NCBI GenBank assembly: GCA_965112155.1
Contig: OZ218105.1
DNA length: 64,000 nucleotides
Strand: one strand, 5' to 3'
Origin: Podarcis liolepis
Taxonomy: Eukaryota
Position 1 is the stretch's first letter, and every line of letters starts with the position of its first letter. A model generated the notes under the pieces. That model was not told the DNA's origin, ran no database searches, and worked only from the letters and a program-made list of their open reading frames with translations. Of the stretch, positions 1-12,830 are shown one piece after another. The position numbers and the translations under genes were made by a program.

Positions 1-210
1 AGTTAATAACGAGGGTTAAATTTTCTATACTTAATTCACCTTGAGGCAGTTAATAAGATCAGAATCAGTTCCCAACAGAGAAATCATTGTTAATTCATAA
101 GGATATATTAACTATTATTATAAACAACACAGCATATTTAGCAGTAACAATGTCCAACACTGAAATCCGACTTATGTTGCTGTACAGTAATAATGAATGG
201 CAAGATTATA

Positions 211-460
211 AAGAAGAAGAGAAGAAGAAGAGTTTGGATTTGATATTCCGCTTTATCACTACCCAAAGGAGTCTCAAAGCAGCTAACATTCTCCTTTCCC
301 TTCCTCCCCCACAACAAACTCTTTGTGAGGTGAGTGAGGCTGAGAGACTTCAAAGAAGTGTGACTAGCCCAAGGTCACCCAGCAGCTGCATGTGGAGGAG
401 CAGAGACGCGAACCTGGTTCCCCAGATTACGAGTCTACCGCTCTTAACCACTACACCACA
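211..460 (-). mobile_element. tRNA-derived SINE (Squam3-like) with (CTT)n tail
   Basis: The reverse complement starts gtggtgtagtggttaagagcggtagactcgtaatctggggaaccaggttcgcg (A-box/B-box tRNA head), has a MIR/CORE-like gggtgaccttgggctagtcac segment and ends in CTT repeats. A close paralog lies at 24556-24806. Confidence 0.85.
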
Positions 461-2348
461 GCTGCTTTGTATCTTCTAGATGGTTTTGTTTTATACCTGT
501 TTGTATGCAAACTCTATATAATGTGCACCTCTGCATTATTAATATATTGTTTTTAAATAACTGAACTTTCATTCTAATTATTTTCTGCATATTTCTTATT
601 TAAAATAAAATATCAGTACAGGTGCCTTGCATCTTATGTGAGGGTTAGGTTCTGTGGGTAGATATGGACATGTATATCCCCAGAACCAGCCCCCTGCAAG
701 GTGGAGGGCTGCATGTCCAGCTTTGGGAAGGTGAAACAAGGGCTACAGAAGGGTCCTAGAGTCCTCCCTCCTCCTCCCCAATGCCTGATAAATACTTGCC
801 TGGCTTTGAGAAGGAGGCACAAGGACTTTAGGACCCTGCCATGATGGGGTGTGGATGCTGCCAGAGTCCTTGCACCACCTTTCCAAAGCCAGGTAAGTCA
901 GCAAATGCAACTTTGTGCAGGTGTGGGCACACCCTTCTAACCACTTTCCACTCTCAGAATTTGCAACCTGAGGCAGCTGCCTCACTCTGCCTCATGATAG
1001 GGCCTGACCCTGAGCAGGTGATATAAAGAGTGTGGTACTGAGTATCAACTTTAGCATATTGTCTTGCATTTAAAATTCAAGACCACAATCTTCTTTCTTA
1101 TTCATAATTCTTAGGAGGCACCAACTTTCCTGAGCAATTTGGTAAGGAAGAAAAAGGCCTTCAGAACCATAGCAGCTTGTAATTATTTAATGGTAGGGGT
1201 GGATGGATCAGTCTATTTTTGGTCTATGTCAGTTTTGCATGTGTTCAAACATAGGTTCCTTCTATTTCCTCATTTTTTAAAAATGCACACAAATGCAGTA
1301 TTTTTCACTAAAATGCACAATTTTATATATTTTCAGCTAACATTTACACATATTCCCTCCCCAAATACACGGTTTTTATATTTTTATAGCATAATCCAAC
1401 ACCCCCCCCATATTTCAATCTATGTATTAGTCCAAAGAATATGAATTAGGTCTGTTTTCTTAGAAAAGTTAACTGAACAAAATTCATTACCAACCCATTA
1501 ACTCATTCCATCTTGATCAGATTGAAACTGTATCAAATTGCAACTGCTGGGTGCCATTTGGTAGAGAGTCTTGCATGTAAAAAATGTTTCAACATGCCTG
1601 TGATCTATCACAGTATCTTGCAGGACCATACCCTCCCCCCCTTTTTGCACAGAATCATTAAGGAATCCAGCACATCTTAGAACCAATAAATCAAGGCTCC
1701 AGATATGTTAAAATTAAGGCCATTAAGTCATCATGGGAGCGAGTGTGCAGAATAGCCAACCTGGGTTTGTTTGTTTTCGCTCTGTCAGCAACTGGTTTTT
1801 CCAATTTCTCGATAGATTCCTAGGGCAGCATTTATTTTGTCCCAAACTACACGACTTAATTATAATGAAGACTATGCCAAATGTCTTCGAGTAAACCTGA
1901 TAAATATTTACCCTAAAATAAACCCTGTCAGGACTAGTTTGACTAAGATTAGACCTGGTGATTTTTGTTTTAGCTGGCAGGAAGATGTGTAGATTGCACC
2001 TTCTACTCTCTTTTGTTATATGTTATGTTCCAAAGATTTTGAAGCAAGAAAGAAGACAGGCAGGAAAGGCAGAGAAATTTGTATTGGATCTTACTGGTTG
2101 CTCAGCTTAAAAACAGTTTCAGATGGTTTTTTTTGGATGTTTGGGGAGAAAATCTCGCCAGAGCACTACATCATTTGCATTACCTCCCCAAGTAGCTCAG
2201 TTGAAATGATGCATTTCCATCCCCCAAAACTCAGTCTTCCACATTTATTTTTTTTATTTACAGTTTGACTGTGCTTCACCCCATCAACGGAGTTGTGTCA
2301 GGGCCAAGGTGCTATTGAGTGCTATTTACACCTAGTTGTGTTAAGGTA

Positions 2349-2834
2349 CCGTATTTTTCGCCCTATAGGACGCACTTTTTCCCCTCCAAAAATGAAGGGG
2401 AAATGTGTGTGCGTCCTATGGGGCGAATACAAGCTTTCGCTGAAGCCTGCGCAACCCTCCGGCGCCAAGCCGTGCCAGACTCCGGAAGGTTGCGCAGAGC
2501 TGCCTGCCCTCCCGGGGTCCGCGCAGCTCTGCGCGACCCTCCGGAGCCCGGCGCCAAGCCGCGCTGGGCTCCGGAGGGTTGCGCAGAGCTGCCTGCATTC
2601 CGAAGCCTCGGGCGCGCTGAAGAGTGCGCCCGGGCTTCGCACAGCTGTCCGCAAGCCTGGGGAGACCGGCGCGGCTCCCTAGGCTTGCGGATAGCAGGCT
2701 GTTCTGGGGGCTGGGGTCGGGGGAAGCTCGGGCTTCCCCCGCACCAGCCCCGTGCCGGGGGGGGGGGATATATATTTTTTCTTTATTTCCCTCCCCAAAA
2801 AAACTAGGTGCGTCCTATAGGGCGAAAAATACGG
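2349..2834. mobile_element. Non-autonomous Tc1/mariner-superfamily element (Tc2-like MITE), 486 bp, with GC/CpG-rich core
   Basis: Perfect 27-bp TIRs (ccgtatttttcgccctataggacgcac / gtgcgtcctatagggcgaaaaatacgg) flanked by TA at 2347-2348 and 2835-2836. CCGTA termini are typical of the Tc2 group. Confidence 0.9.
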
Positions 2835-3728
2835 TAATTTTTTTTGAAAGTATGTACAAATTCTATTTTTCTGCCTTTGAAATTTAGCATTTAAACTTCT
2901 ACAAATGTCTTTGGAACTGGAAAAGAAAGATGCCTTCATGAACATAGACAGGTAAAACTCCCAGGTGACCTGTTGCCCAGGATCCAAAAAGTGCAATGCT
3001 CTGATGCACAGGAATTTAATGTTTATTCCTAGCTTTGTCAGAGTGCTTATAATTTGGGGTTTCCCCCACCTTAGCTAAAGTACTAGTAAAGCCAGACACC
3101 TGAAACTTAAAGAGCATAATTATTTTGATAATTCTTATCTTTACACACACCAGTTTATATAATTTTTTAATTGAGACATCTCATAAATGTTGCGGAATAC
3201 AGTACTGTGGCTTTCACTTGATGGAAGCTATGCCTGAGGTAATAAAGCAAGCAGGTTTACATAAAAGCTTAACTTCGTGTTATGTATTAGATCACCAGCA
3301 GCATCAAGCTATATTGCACTGTAGAGGGTTGAAAGCATTTCATATATTTCCAGATTTATGCTGTCCACAGCAATCAAGGGGTTGGAGCCAAATGTTCTGC
3401 TCCAAGTCATGGAATGATCCTTTTTGTGAACAGAAACTCCTTCTGTGAGTGCAATGGAGTTCTGTATCAAATCCATAGTATTCTGTGGGTGGCCTGCACA
3501 TTGACAAAGTCAGACAACCACAAGCCAGATGTCAACCATGGTGATCACTGCTAATCCCAATACACAAGCAGGACTACCACTGGGCAGGGGAGTGTGAAAT
3601 GGAAGGACAGCAACCAATATATTGTCCTCATGTGCCAACTACCACCTTTCAGAAGAATCCATTCTCTATCACTCTGACTCTGATCGCTAGCTGGAAAACT
3701 GGAAAAGCACTATCCTAGACACAAGTCA

Positions 3729-4047
3729 GGGACGCGGGTGGCACTGTAGGTTAAACCACAGAGCCTAGGACTTGCCGATCAGAAGGTCGGCGGTTCAAAT
3801 CCCCGCGACGGGGTGAGCTCCTGTTGCTTGGTCCCTGCTCCTGCAAACCTAGCAGTTCGAAAGCACATCAAAGTGCAAGTAGATAAATAGGTACCACTCT
3901 GGCGGGAAGGTAAACGGCGTTTCCATGCACTGCTCTGGTTCGCCAGAAGCGGCTTAGTCATGCTGGTCACATGACCCGGAAGCTGTACGCCGCAACCTCA
4001 GAGTCGGTCACGACTGGACCTAATGGTCAGGGGTCCCTTTACCTTTT
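3729..4047 (+). mobile_element. Sauria SINE, near full length, with 12-bp TSD
   Basis: Head gggacgcgggtggcactgtaggttaaacc, B-box ggttcaaatccc, tail ggggtccctttaccttt. TSD tagacacaagtc at 3716-3727 and 4048-4059. Confidence 0.92.
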
Positions 4048-7000
4048 TAGACACAAGTCTGGTGTAAGAACCAATCAAATCAAGATAAATGAAGCACAGT
4101 GCATAGCACAATATGTTACTTAAAAACAAAAATGAAGGATTAAAGACACTAAGGAACGTCTATGCTATACTGTATTTCTAAATATCAGAAGCTATTTGCT
4201 CCAGAAACACCGTTCTGCAGGTTTTTTTTTAGCTTATTATGACTTTTTTGGGGTAAACTGATATGTGGGGCAGGGTTCACCTAACGAGCCCCAACAGCAG
4301 AAGCCCTGCAGAAGGGCTTCTGCTTCTGCAATGGGGCTTCTCCACCTGCAATTCCCCACAGCCCCCAAAACTGACTTGGGGGTGGTGTCAGGAGAACCCA
4401 CAAAACAGCATACAGGAGGAGGAGAGGAAGGATTGTTCCAGCTGGCAAGCTAAAATGCTTGCACAGACAGAATCTTCCATAGCATGACACTGAATTACAC
4501 CCTGAGTCTCTCTTTTTTAATAGCCTGTGCTGTCATATCTAGCTGTTTCATCAGCACAATGGCAGCATTAAAAAAAATCTGACACTCTGCTGGTGTAACT
4601 TGCTCCTTCAATCAAACCTGATCACATGTTGACACAGTAATTTTAAGCTATGAACTAAAATCTATTAAAATATTTGGTTTTAAATAGGAGGCTTTAATGA
4701 TAAAAGTAACAGTACTCACAGTACTCATCATATTCATAAACTGAATGTGAAAATTAAATTCATGTATTTGATGATACTAATATCTAAGAACAAATAGTAC
4801 ATATTTGAAACAGAGCTGATGAATCTTTTTAAAGAGATTTAAAATCATATTCACAATTTTGGAGTGGTTAGAAAAGCCACAATTTTGTGGTTTTACAAAA
4901 AACGTAAAACAAATAATTTTGAACTCCAAAGGCCATTTTTAAGTGGCCTAAAATGTAACCTGAAACCTACTATTAATTATACACCCAGTCATTTTGATGT
5001 GCTCAGATTCATTTATAATATCTTGTGTTAGAAATGGAAGAAAACTGACAGCACAATCCTACACATATCTACTCAGATGCAAAGTCCACATCTGGGACTT
5101 TCCCCCATATAAGTGTGTAGAGGATTTCAGCCTGAATGAAACATAATTGAGTTGCTGAACTACTGTGAAATATACACACATGAATGGATCACTCTCTATG
5201 TAGGCTGCATAAGTAATTTCATATGTAACCAATTTTTATCTATCAATATAAATGTTTTTAATGGTATATACTGAAATTAACACTCCTAGACATTGACACG
5301 CACAGACATTAAACAGTAATGCATATATTTTCTTGGTTTTCTTTCTCTGGGTTATGATTAATGCAGCCTATCAGAAGCCAGATGGTGCAAAACCAAAACC
5401 ATCAATCAAAGTGAAAAGACCACTGAGTACTATTCCACAATGATGTGCTTGCAAATGGAAATTTTGTTCATAGACCCTTGGCTATGATATGCATAGAAAA
5501 CCATAAACAGGCTTACACTGTCACCAAAGAACTAGCAGAGATGGCCTGTGCTTTGTTAGCTAAAAGCTGGAAAGGCAATGGCCGTTGCTGTGAGGGGGTA
5601 AGCTTGCATAAGCCTAAATGCTACTTAGCTTAAAACAAAGTTAAAAGTGAGTTTCAAAATTATTTTAATAATCTTTGCATTGATGACAGTATCTATCAAA
5701 CTGTCCATTTGCCACTGATTTAATATTGGATAATGCCACACATTAAGAAGCAGCTGCCACTGTCTGCCTGACATATGAATTGGCATTTAATGACTTGTCC
5801 TGCACAAGCTTTTTAAATACAGTAATCTCAAATGTCTTCGTTTTACATTGCATTCCCCCCCCCCTAAAGTTCCAAAAGAAAAACAAATGCTCATTCCTTA
5901 TAAATTCAACTATGATGCCTGGTTCTTGATTCATTTCTCTTAGTAAATTTTGCACACACACAATTTAACATACATGAGAGCTACCACTGAATCTCACAAA
6001 CAGTATTTTCTCTCTCTCCACACAGTGTTTGTGTGTGAAGATGCAAAATAAATCCAATGCCTCTCTGTGATCTCATACTCACACATGACAACACTTTTAT
6101 AAATATCTGTATTGCTATTCACGACATCATCTCTACATTCTATATATTCTATACTTTTCAACAGAACTATTTCGCAAGGTATTAATGTCCTGTTGTAAAT
6201 TATTTTTATTTTTACCTGGTGATGCTGAACAAGTAGCAGCGAATTCAACAAGCTGCCTACAGTGGAATAATTCTACTAAAGTAAATAGAACTTATTTAGG
6301 TTATATTGTTGGTAAAATTAATTTCACTTAGGCTTACACTGCTTTGAGGACTCATAGCTTATATAAAGTAATATAAGCTATTGTGGTCTCTGGGTAGTCC
6401 CACACATAGGTGACTTGTAAGCTAGATACTTGGTGGTGTGCAGATTGCTTCAGGAGAAAAGCTTTTGAAGAACAGAAAGGCTGTAGCACATCGTCTAGAG
6501 CCTACTGTCACAAAGACAGGACTGGATCAAGCTCATAGATGTGCACCTCTGTTACTGCCTGAAATGAGGGGGCAGAGAGGAAGAGAGGTCCAAGGCTATA
6601 TTTCACCCTAGAATTAGTAAACATCCTTCTGTTAAGAAAACCTCTGCCCCCTTTAAAAATAAAGCTTCAAATACGAAAGTTTCTACAGTTTGTTCCAAGT
6701 TTTTTTGTTCATATAACTTCTGTTAGATTACTAAACAATTAGCCAAAACATACATTTAGGTGAAAAAACTCACACCCACACAATTACGGTTATTTCTAAG
6801 CTATTTAGATGAAAGTAGTTTGTGTATTCAATATATCTGGCAATGCTACAATCTTGCAAGTACCTAAGATGACTCTTTGATTTGATAAACTATCCCTGAA
6901 CAACAGCATGATGTGCATATAGGTGAAGGACCAAAACCACACAGCCTAAATTCTTCTATTAAGTTAATCTGTTATCTTTATCAACACATTCTGCCCAATC

Positions 7001-7809
7001 TGTTTTTCTAAAATAGACACTCAGAAGCAAGATAACACCTCATCAGCTATTTTATATTCCAGGAGTTCAAGGGACAAGACTGAGAGCCTTCTAAGTTCCA
7101 GGGGTTGCCCTTGGGATAGACACATCTGTAAAGAGACAGAAGTAAAGAAGTGCCACGCATTAAAAATGAAAATGAGAAAATATACTCCGATCAACTCTTG
7201 ATCTTTTAATGTTACGTTGTTATGTTGTTACGCTGCTAACGTTACGGTGTTACATTGCTGAGGATACAATAAGACATTGGGGAATTTTATTTCTCTTAGG
7301 ACAGCAAAAACAAGCAAACTTGGACTAGCCCTGCAAAAAAGGCCCAAGAAGCACTAGCCAAAACAATATAATGGTGTATGTTCACCTGGATTGTATTTTA
7401 TAAAGATGCAATCTCCCATCTGGGCAGTTTTTCTGTTTTCCTGCCAAAGCACTGTCCCAAAGATGCAAGCCACAGAGGTTATCTCAACCCTAGTATATTA
7501 TGTCTTAATGCCTTTAAGAAAATGTTTCCTTGCAACATATTAGGAGGCTGTAATACATTTCTTATTTCAGTAAGAGTGCCTTTGTGAACAGACTACTGTT
7601 CACTGCCTGATAAAAAGAACTGGCTCCTATAACATCTCTCATTCCCTTGATATGAAACAAAAAAGCTCTTCTCACATGCAACACATGAAAATGTCTTTTG
7701 AACTGGAACAGAAGGCACCGAGAAAACAAAATAGCTCAAGAACAACTTGACATGTACTTTTAACAACATAAAGGGATAATGCTGGACTGCATCTGAAAGG
7801 AATCATAAT

Positions 7810-8380
7810 GCCGAAGGTGAGGTGGAAAGCGATGTGCTTGGGTACACAATTCTGTATAGTCTGGGTAATGTTCAGGGATGTACGGGACGTCAGGTAGCCA
7901 GTGGGTCTGAGCAGATAAGACCAATAGTGGGCCCTGTGATCAGGAAGGTGGTTCTTGCATGTGCTGTAGAGGAAAGTGAGGGGCAGATGGGACTTATCAA
8001 CCTGGGAAGGTAGCCCATGTAGAAGAAGGAAAACTCTTATCTTAAACCTCCACTGCCTTGTAGGATATCTTTGGGAGAAGAAAAGGCTAAGGAGTAAACC
8101 CTACAAAAATGTGGAGTCTCTAAGATGGTTGGATGGCACCTTGTACACCTCCTTCCTGCAGCCAAGCTGGTGCCAATCATATTGCTCTGCTTTTCTATGG
8201 ACCATATCAGTAAGGCCAAGAGAAAGGTCTTGTTGACTGGGCAGCCCGGGACCTCCATACACACTGCCCAGCCCTGCACCCCGGAGAGGTCACTTTAGTG
8301 CTGCTAATGCAGTGGTTTGACTTCACCTTTGGAGACACACTCCATTGTCTCTCGAGACAAGACAGATGCCAATAATAACA
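7810..8380 (+). mobile_element. Unclassified retroposon, possibly RTE-related and non-autonomous
   Basis: A GC-richer island containing agaaggaaaactct..aaacctc (resembles RTE-clade 5' UTR motifs), ending in a short aataataaca tail. Boundaries are approximate. Confidence 0.35.
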
Positions 8381-9076
8381 TGGGTCATGTCCATCTTAAG
8401 GAGTGCCTTTACCTTGGTCAGTTTCATGGAAACTGACATTAGTTCCCTGGTGAAGGATCTTTATTCATATTATATGCTAGAAAGACCAAGGAGAGAAATG
8501 AATATAATGCTCTCAAGCTAATGAAACAATGAAATACTATCTTAAACCCAATATTGGTTTTATAAGTAGGGAAAATCTGATCAGAGCCTTTGTAGCTTAA
8601 ATGAAATATATCTTGTTTTAGATCCTCAGCCTCCCTACTTCTCCAATCAATCAGCTGAAGAAAATTCTCAATTTAGAACTATTCCACATCATGCAGAAAT
8701 ACTTCAAAAATGCTGAAAGAAGTCTCATCAGTTTTAGTCAATTGTCAGCTATGACATCTGTTTCTCTACAGGGTTTTCAACAGGCTCCTGGAGCTTGAGT
8801 TAACCTCTGCCTTTTTTTGTTTGTTTTAAGACAGCCACTGTGCCCCCGAAGAACATCCTCTGAACTCTTAACAATAAAGATATACCACAAGAATCACAAA
8901 GGCAAAATCACAAAACTATTCACAAAGTCAGGGACCAAAAAATAGCAGAGGAAAATGTCTATCACCCATCAAGTGCTTTCAGATGTCACAAAAAATAACA
9001 AAGAAGCTCCACGGTCAGTGAAGAGACAGCTTCCCACCATCCTAATCCTGAGACATTACTAAAAATAAGGGCCTAT

Positions 9077-9345
9077 GCTTATTTGTTAAATTTACACTCT
9101 TCCTTTCCACCCAATGCTCAAAGCAGCTAACTATGCAAATGCAATGAAATATAATAAACACAATTTGGTACAAAGTAAAAACATGGAAAGAAGATAGGTA
9201 AAACAGTAACACAACCACCAGTAAAAACCAACGCCTAGCAGCCAAATATCTGCCTAAAAATGTTTTTGTCTGCTAGCAGAAGGCTGCCAGCGATGGCAAG
9301 TAATTCCAAAGTCTGGGGGCGGCTATCAAGAAGGCGTTTGCTCCT
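9077..9345 (-). mobile_element. L2-clade LINE 3' end
   Basis: AFLIAAPRLWNYLP matches the L2 ORF2 C-terminal motif AFSVAAPRLWNxLP. It is followed by a T-rich UTR and a taaa-like tail. Confidence 0.65.
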
Positions 9346-12300
9346 AAGGATATATGATCTCTGACAAACAGGTGCAGAAATTCCTTGGACATTTCTCTTC
9401 CCCACTTTTGGTATGCACTGTTATCCACATGGATAACAATAATATTTCCCTGGGGTGTCTTTGGTAAGGATAACAGACTAGACAGAATTTGAAACACAGC
9501 CTCTGCCTTTCTATAGCCACTCCATTCCTCCAGCTTTCTCAATGGTTTTCTACTCCTCTCTCTCTCTCCCTGAACATAGTGGGAATGGAAGTCCTACGTA
9601 CCGGACTACGGAAACTCCCAAGAGACAAATTTCTAAATGCAAACAGGGAAATACCCTGCAGCTATGAGGATCTACATATACTATGCAATTATTTCATCTT
9701 ATGGTTGGTATTGCATGCGGAAATATTTCTAGCACTGTCCAAAACACTTTGGCTCTAATTCAGAGTCTTGCGAGCACACCCGGGGTTTTGATGTCCTTTC
9801 TAACTCAGTAGCTTCACCAACCAAAACCACAAATAAACTATACTAAAAGCAGTTTGAAATTGTGCTAGGGAAAGCAAGGGGAGAAAGGCACACCCTCCCT
9901 TCAAAGATTAGGATTTTGTTGGATTATAGCCATGATGTGGAAATAAGCTCCGCTAAAGTCACTGTAACTAGCTTACTTCCAAGAAATGTAAGAAATTACA
10001 CTTTAAAAATGGAATCTGTGGAAAATATTAGGAGCTAAAAATATGTGAAGTAAATTAACTTGCTGGGCTGCCACAAGGCAGCTGCATCAATGTATTGAAT
10101 TACAGAAACTGTAACCTAAAAAATTTAATGTGATGTGAACATGATTAGGTTACAGCAAATGTTTAAACTAAAAAACAATAGCAGAGGGTTGGTATATTGA
10201 AGCTGCTTTGTAGGGGAGTGGGAGCTGGAATGCAGAATGACAAAAGGAAAATGGAGTGTTTCAGATGGACACACAGCAAGATATAAACGTACAGTGTACT
10301 GTATTGAGTTGAGATGATTTGGGACATTAGAACACAGCCTTTTCATCTTGCTGCACTTCTCTTATTTTTCTACCTCCATTCCTCTCAACAAACCCTTACA
10401 CAAGCCTGTGATCTTGAAAAAACTATTTGCCACTTGATTCTGCAAGTTTTGTTATTTATAAAAGGCCCTAAAACAGAGATCAAAAGAACAAGTCTTAAGA
10501 ATTCATATTCTTTTTCCACACCTCCTGATGAGTCATTAGTAAAATAAGTGCATAAACTCACAACTGAAGTCAAAAACAGTTGAGGATACTTTGATATAGC
10601 GCCACAAAGGATATGTGCAAGGAGGCAACAGAGGTTACAAATGGCCCAGTTCCAATAAGAGTGCTAATAAAAGAATAATGGAATTTTCTTGTACTGTGAA
10701 TGGAGAGAAAAAACCCTGTGCCACCAGGGAATTTAGACAAGGGGGAAAATATCAAAGCTTTGCCTCTTCAGTTGATTCTCTTTATTATATCTTAATTGAT
10801 CTACTATTACATTTAACTTCAACAGTTCCATATCACAAAACTCCCTTCAGAACTCATAGTTGTCAATCTTTTTAAAAGAACCATTAATCAATTTACACAA
10901 GCTTTGCCATTTGAAGCATGATGCCTATGATTGCACAGCAAAAAAAGAACACTAGCTAAAAACATTTCACAATTTACACCTTTACACCTATATATTACAC
11001 AATTATACCTATATAAGCACAATTACTGCTTATATATCATTTTACATATGCCTCTCTTTCTGTGTGTCCTGCTCTTTCAAGGAGATTTATGTACCCAAAA
11101 TTCCAGAAGACAGTATTAATAATAAAACAAATTAAAACTTCTAAAACCTCCTCCTCCAAAATTAATAAGCCAGCAGTCATAACACATTTAATTATTAGCT
11201 CAAAATGTAAAAATCTACAAGCCAACAATTAAAAGGAACAGATGGGGGGAGGTCTCACTCTCTGATGGCTGGCCCACCATGGTCGAGGTGTGGCTATGGA
11301 TAAGGCCTTCCTGCACACCACAAAGCAGCCTCCAATTCTCCCTCCATCCAGCCACTAAAACTGTGGAGCACAGCTTTCCAAACTGTGCGTCACAACATGT
11401 TAGTGTGTTGGCTGCAGTGTGTAGGCGTGTCGCACGAACGCTCCCAATGCTCCTCCCGGGACTGGAAAGAGGTTAGTTTAACCTCCGATTTGCTAGTAAA
11501 ACTGAATTATTGTGTCGCAAAATGACACATGTCCAAAAAGTGTGTCACCAGCATGTAAAGTATGGAAAGCTCTGCTGTAGAGGGTGGGTAGAGAAGGGAG
11601 GGGAGGGAAAGAAACCACAGAAGAGCAACGAAGGTGAGAAAAGAGAAAAGAAAGGGGGAAACAAGGTAGGGCTCTAGCACATTGGGTTCATAGGGAGCCC
11701 AGTGAGAAACCACAGTACATGACCAGCCAGTGGGAGGAACCATCCTAGACTGATGACTGTCCTCCTTATCAAATTCATTTAAAAACCTGAATTACCAAAA
11801 TTGTGATAAACATGTCATGGCTACCTGACAGGGCCGTATTGTTATCTGTTTTCCAGATGGCTACCACTAGCTACCTTGAACCATGTTCTTGCTTTTGCCT
11901 ATTCAAGACAATGTTGATGGACAGGTAACCATGATTTCTGAGATTCTTCTGCAGTTGTGAACAGTAGTGTAGGGTGTGTCATTATTCCCTCCACTCAGGA
12001 TGATGTGACTGCCCACATACACTGTTAGAGAGATGGGAAGGATCTGTGCTGGAAATGGATTCCCCATAAAGCAGTAGATGCATTCATTACAGTGGGTTAA
12101 CATCCACATTTTACAGTTTGAGAATCAGTTTTAGACACATAAAGAAAGCCAAGTGCTTGAATTATTCCAACACACAGCTGTTCAATTATGGCTGGTGCAA
12201 AGGAGGAATGCAAAAGGCCTCCCCATGGAAACTTCACCAAAGGGTACAAATCCTAGCTAGAGGAGTATAAAAGAAAATAACCTTCTCAGAATGGTGCTGA

Positions 12301-12767
12301 TTGACATAAGATCCACTGCTGTTGGTCTGAAAATGTGCAGAGCAAAATGTATCAAGACCCCATTGATCTCTAATGACCTAATTCAAATTAAACTACACCA
12401 AGGAATGGGAGGAAAGGGAAAATCCATAGGTGGTCCTAACAGAGAGTCAGTGGTGTTTTATTCATACAAGTAGGTAAAATGATTCATCAGAGTCAATGAC
12501 TGGCTGGTCCAGGTAAACAGGATAGCCCTAAACTCCAACCAAAGGTAAAGGGTTGTTGTTGTTGTTGTTTTTACACAGTAGGCACGTAGCTCTATCCTCA
12601 AAGATTGATCCTAGCAGTACCATGTCCCCAAGCAACAAGAACCACCCCCCAAGGTCACCACAGGGGTTGAACTGGTTGTACATTCTTTAGTAGCTTAAAG
12701 GGTGTGTATACCATCATCATTAGCAGAGTAGTATTACTGACAAAAAAAATCTGCAATTTATTTTTAC

Positions 12768-12830
12768 CTTGTGATCATATGGGTTGTACGAGTGAAACAA
12801 TCTTGACAGTTCTTTCGTTCTCTGTTTTTT
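12768..12830 (-). CDS. CDKAL1: CDKAL1 internal coding exon, 63 bp (equivalent to human exon 13): [21 protein letters not shown]
   Basis: Manual translation matches the recalled CDKAL1 segment KKQRTKDLSRVFHSYSPYDHK. Acceptor ttttctacag|AAA; donor AAG|gtaaaa. Phase 0 at both ends. Confidence 0.95.

Noticed and set aside
87-479. 130-aa ORF with a similar ORF at 24573-24875, suggesting a small gene family
   Set aside because: Both are antisense read-throughs of the same SINE family, with no splice or protein-family support.
617-1020. Possible old Tigger-like element starting tacaggtgcc
   Set aside because: No matching right TIR could be identified.
2293-2996. Cluster of overlapping ORFs up to 162 aa on both strands
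   Set aside because: Stop-poor, GC-rich palindromic MITE interior; no transposase or other domain motifs.
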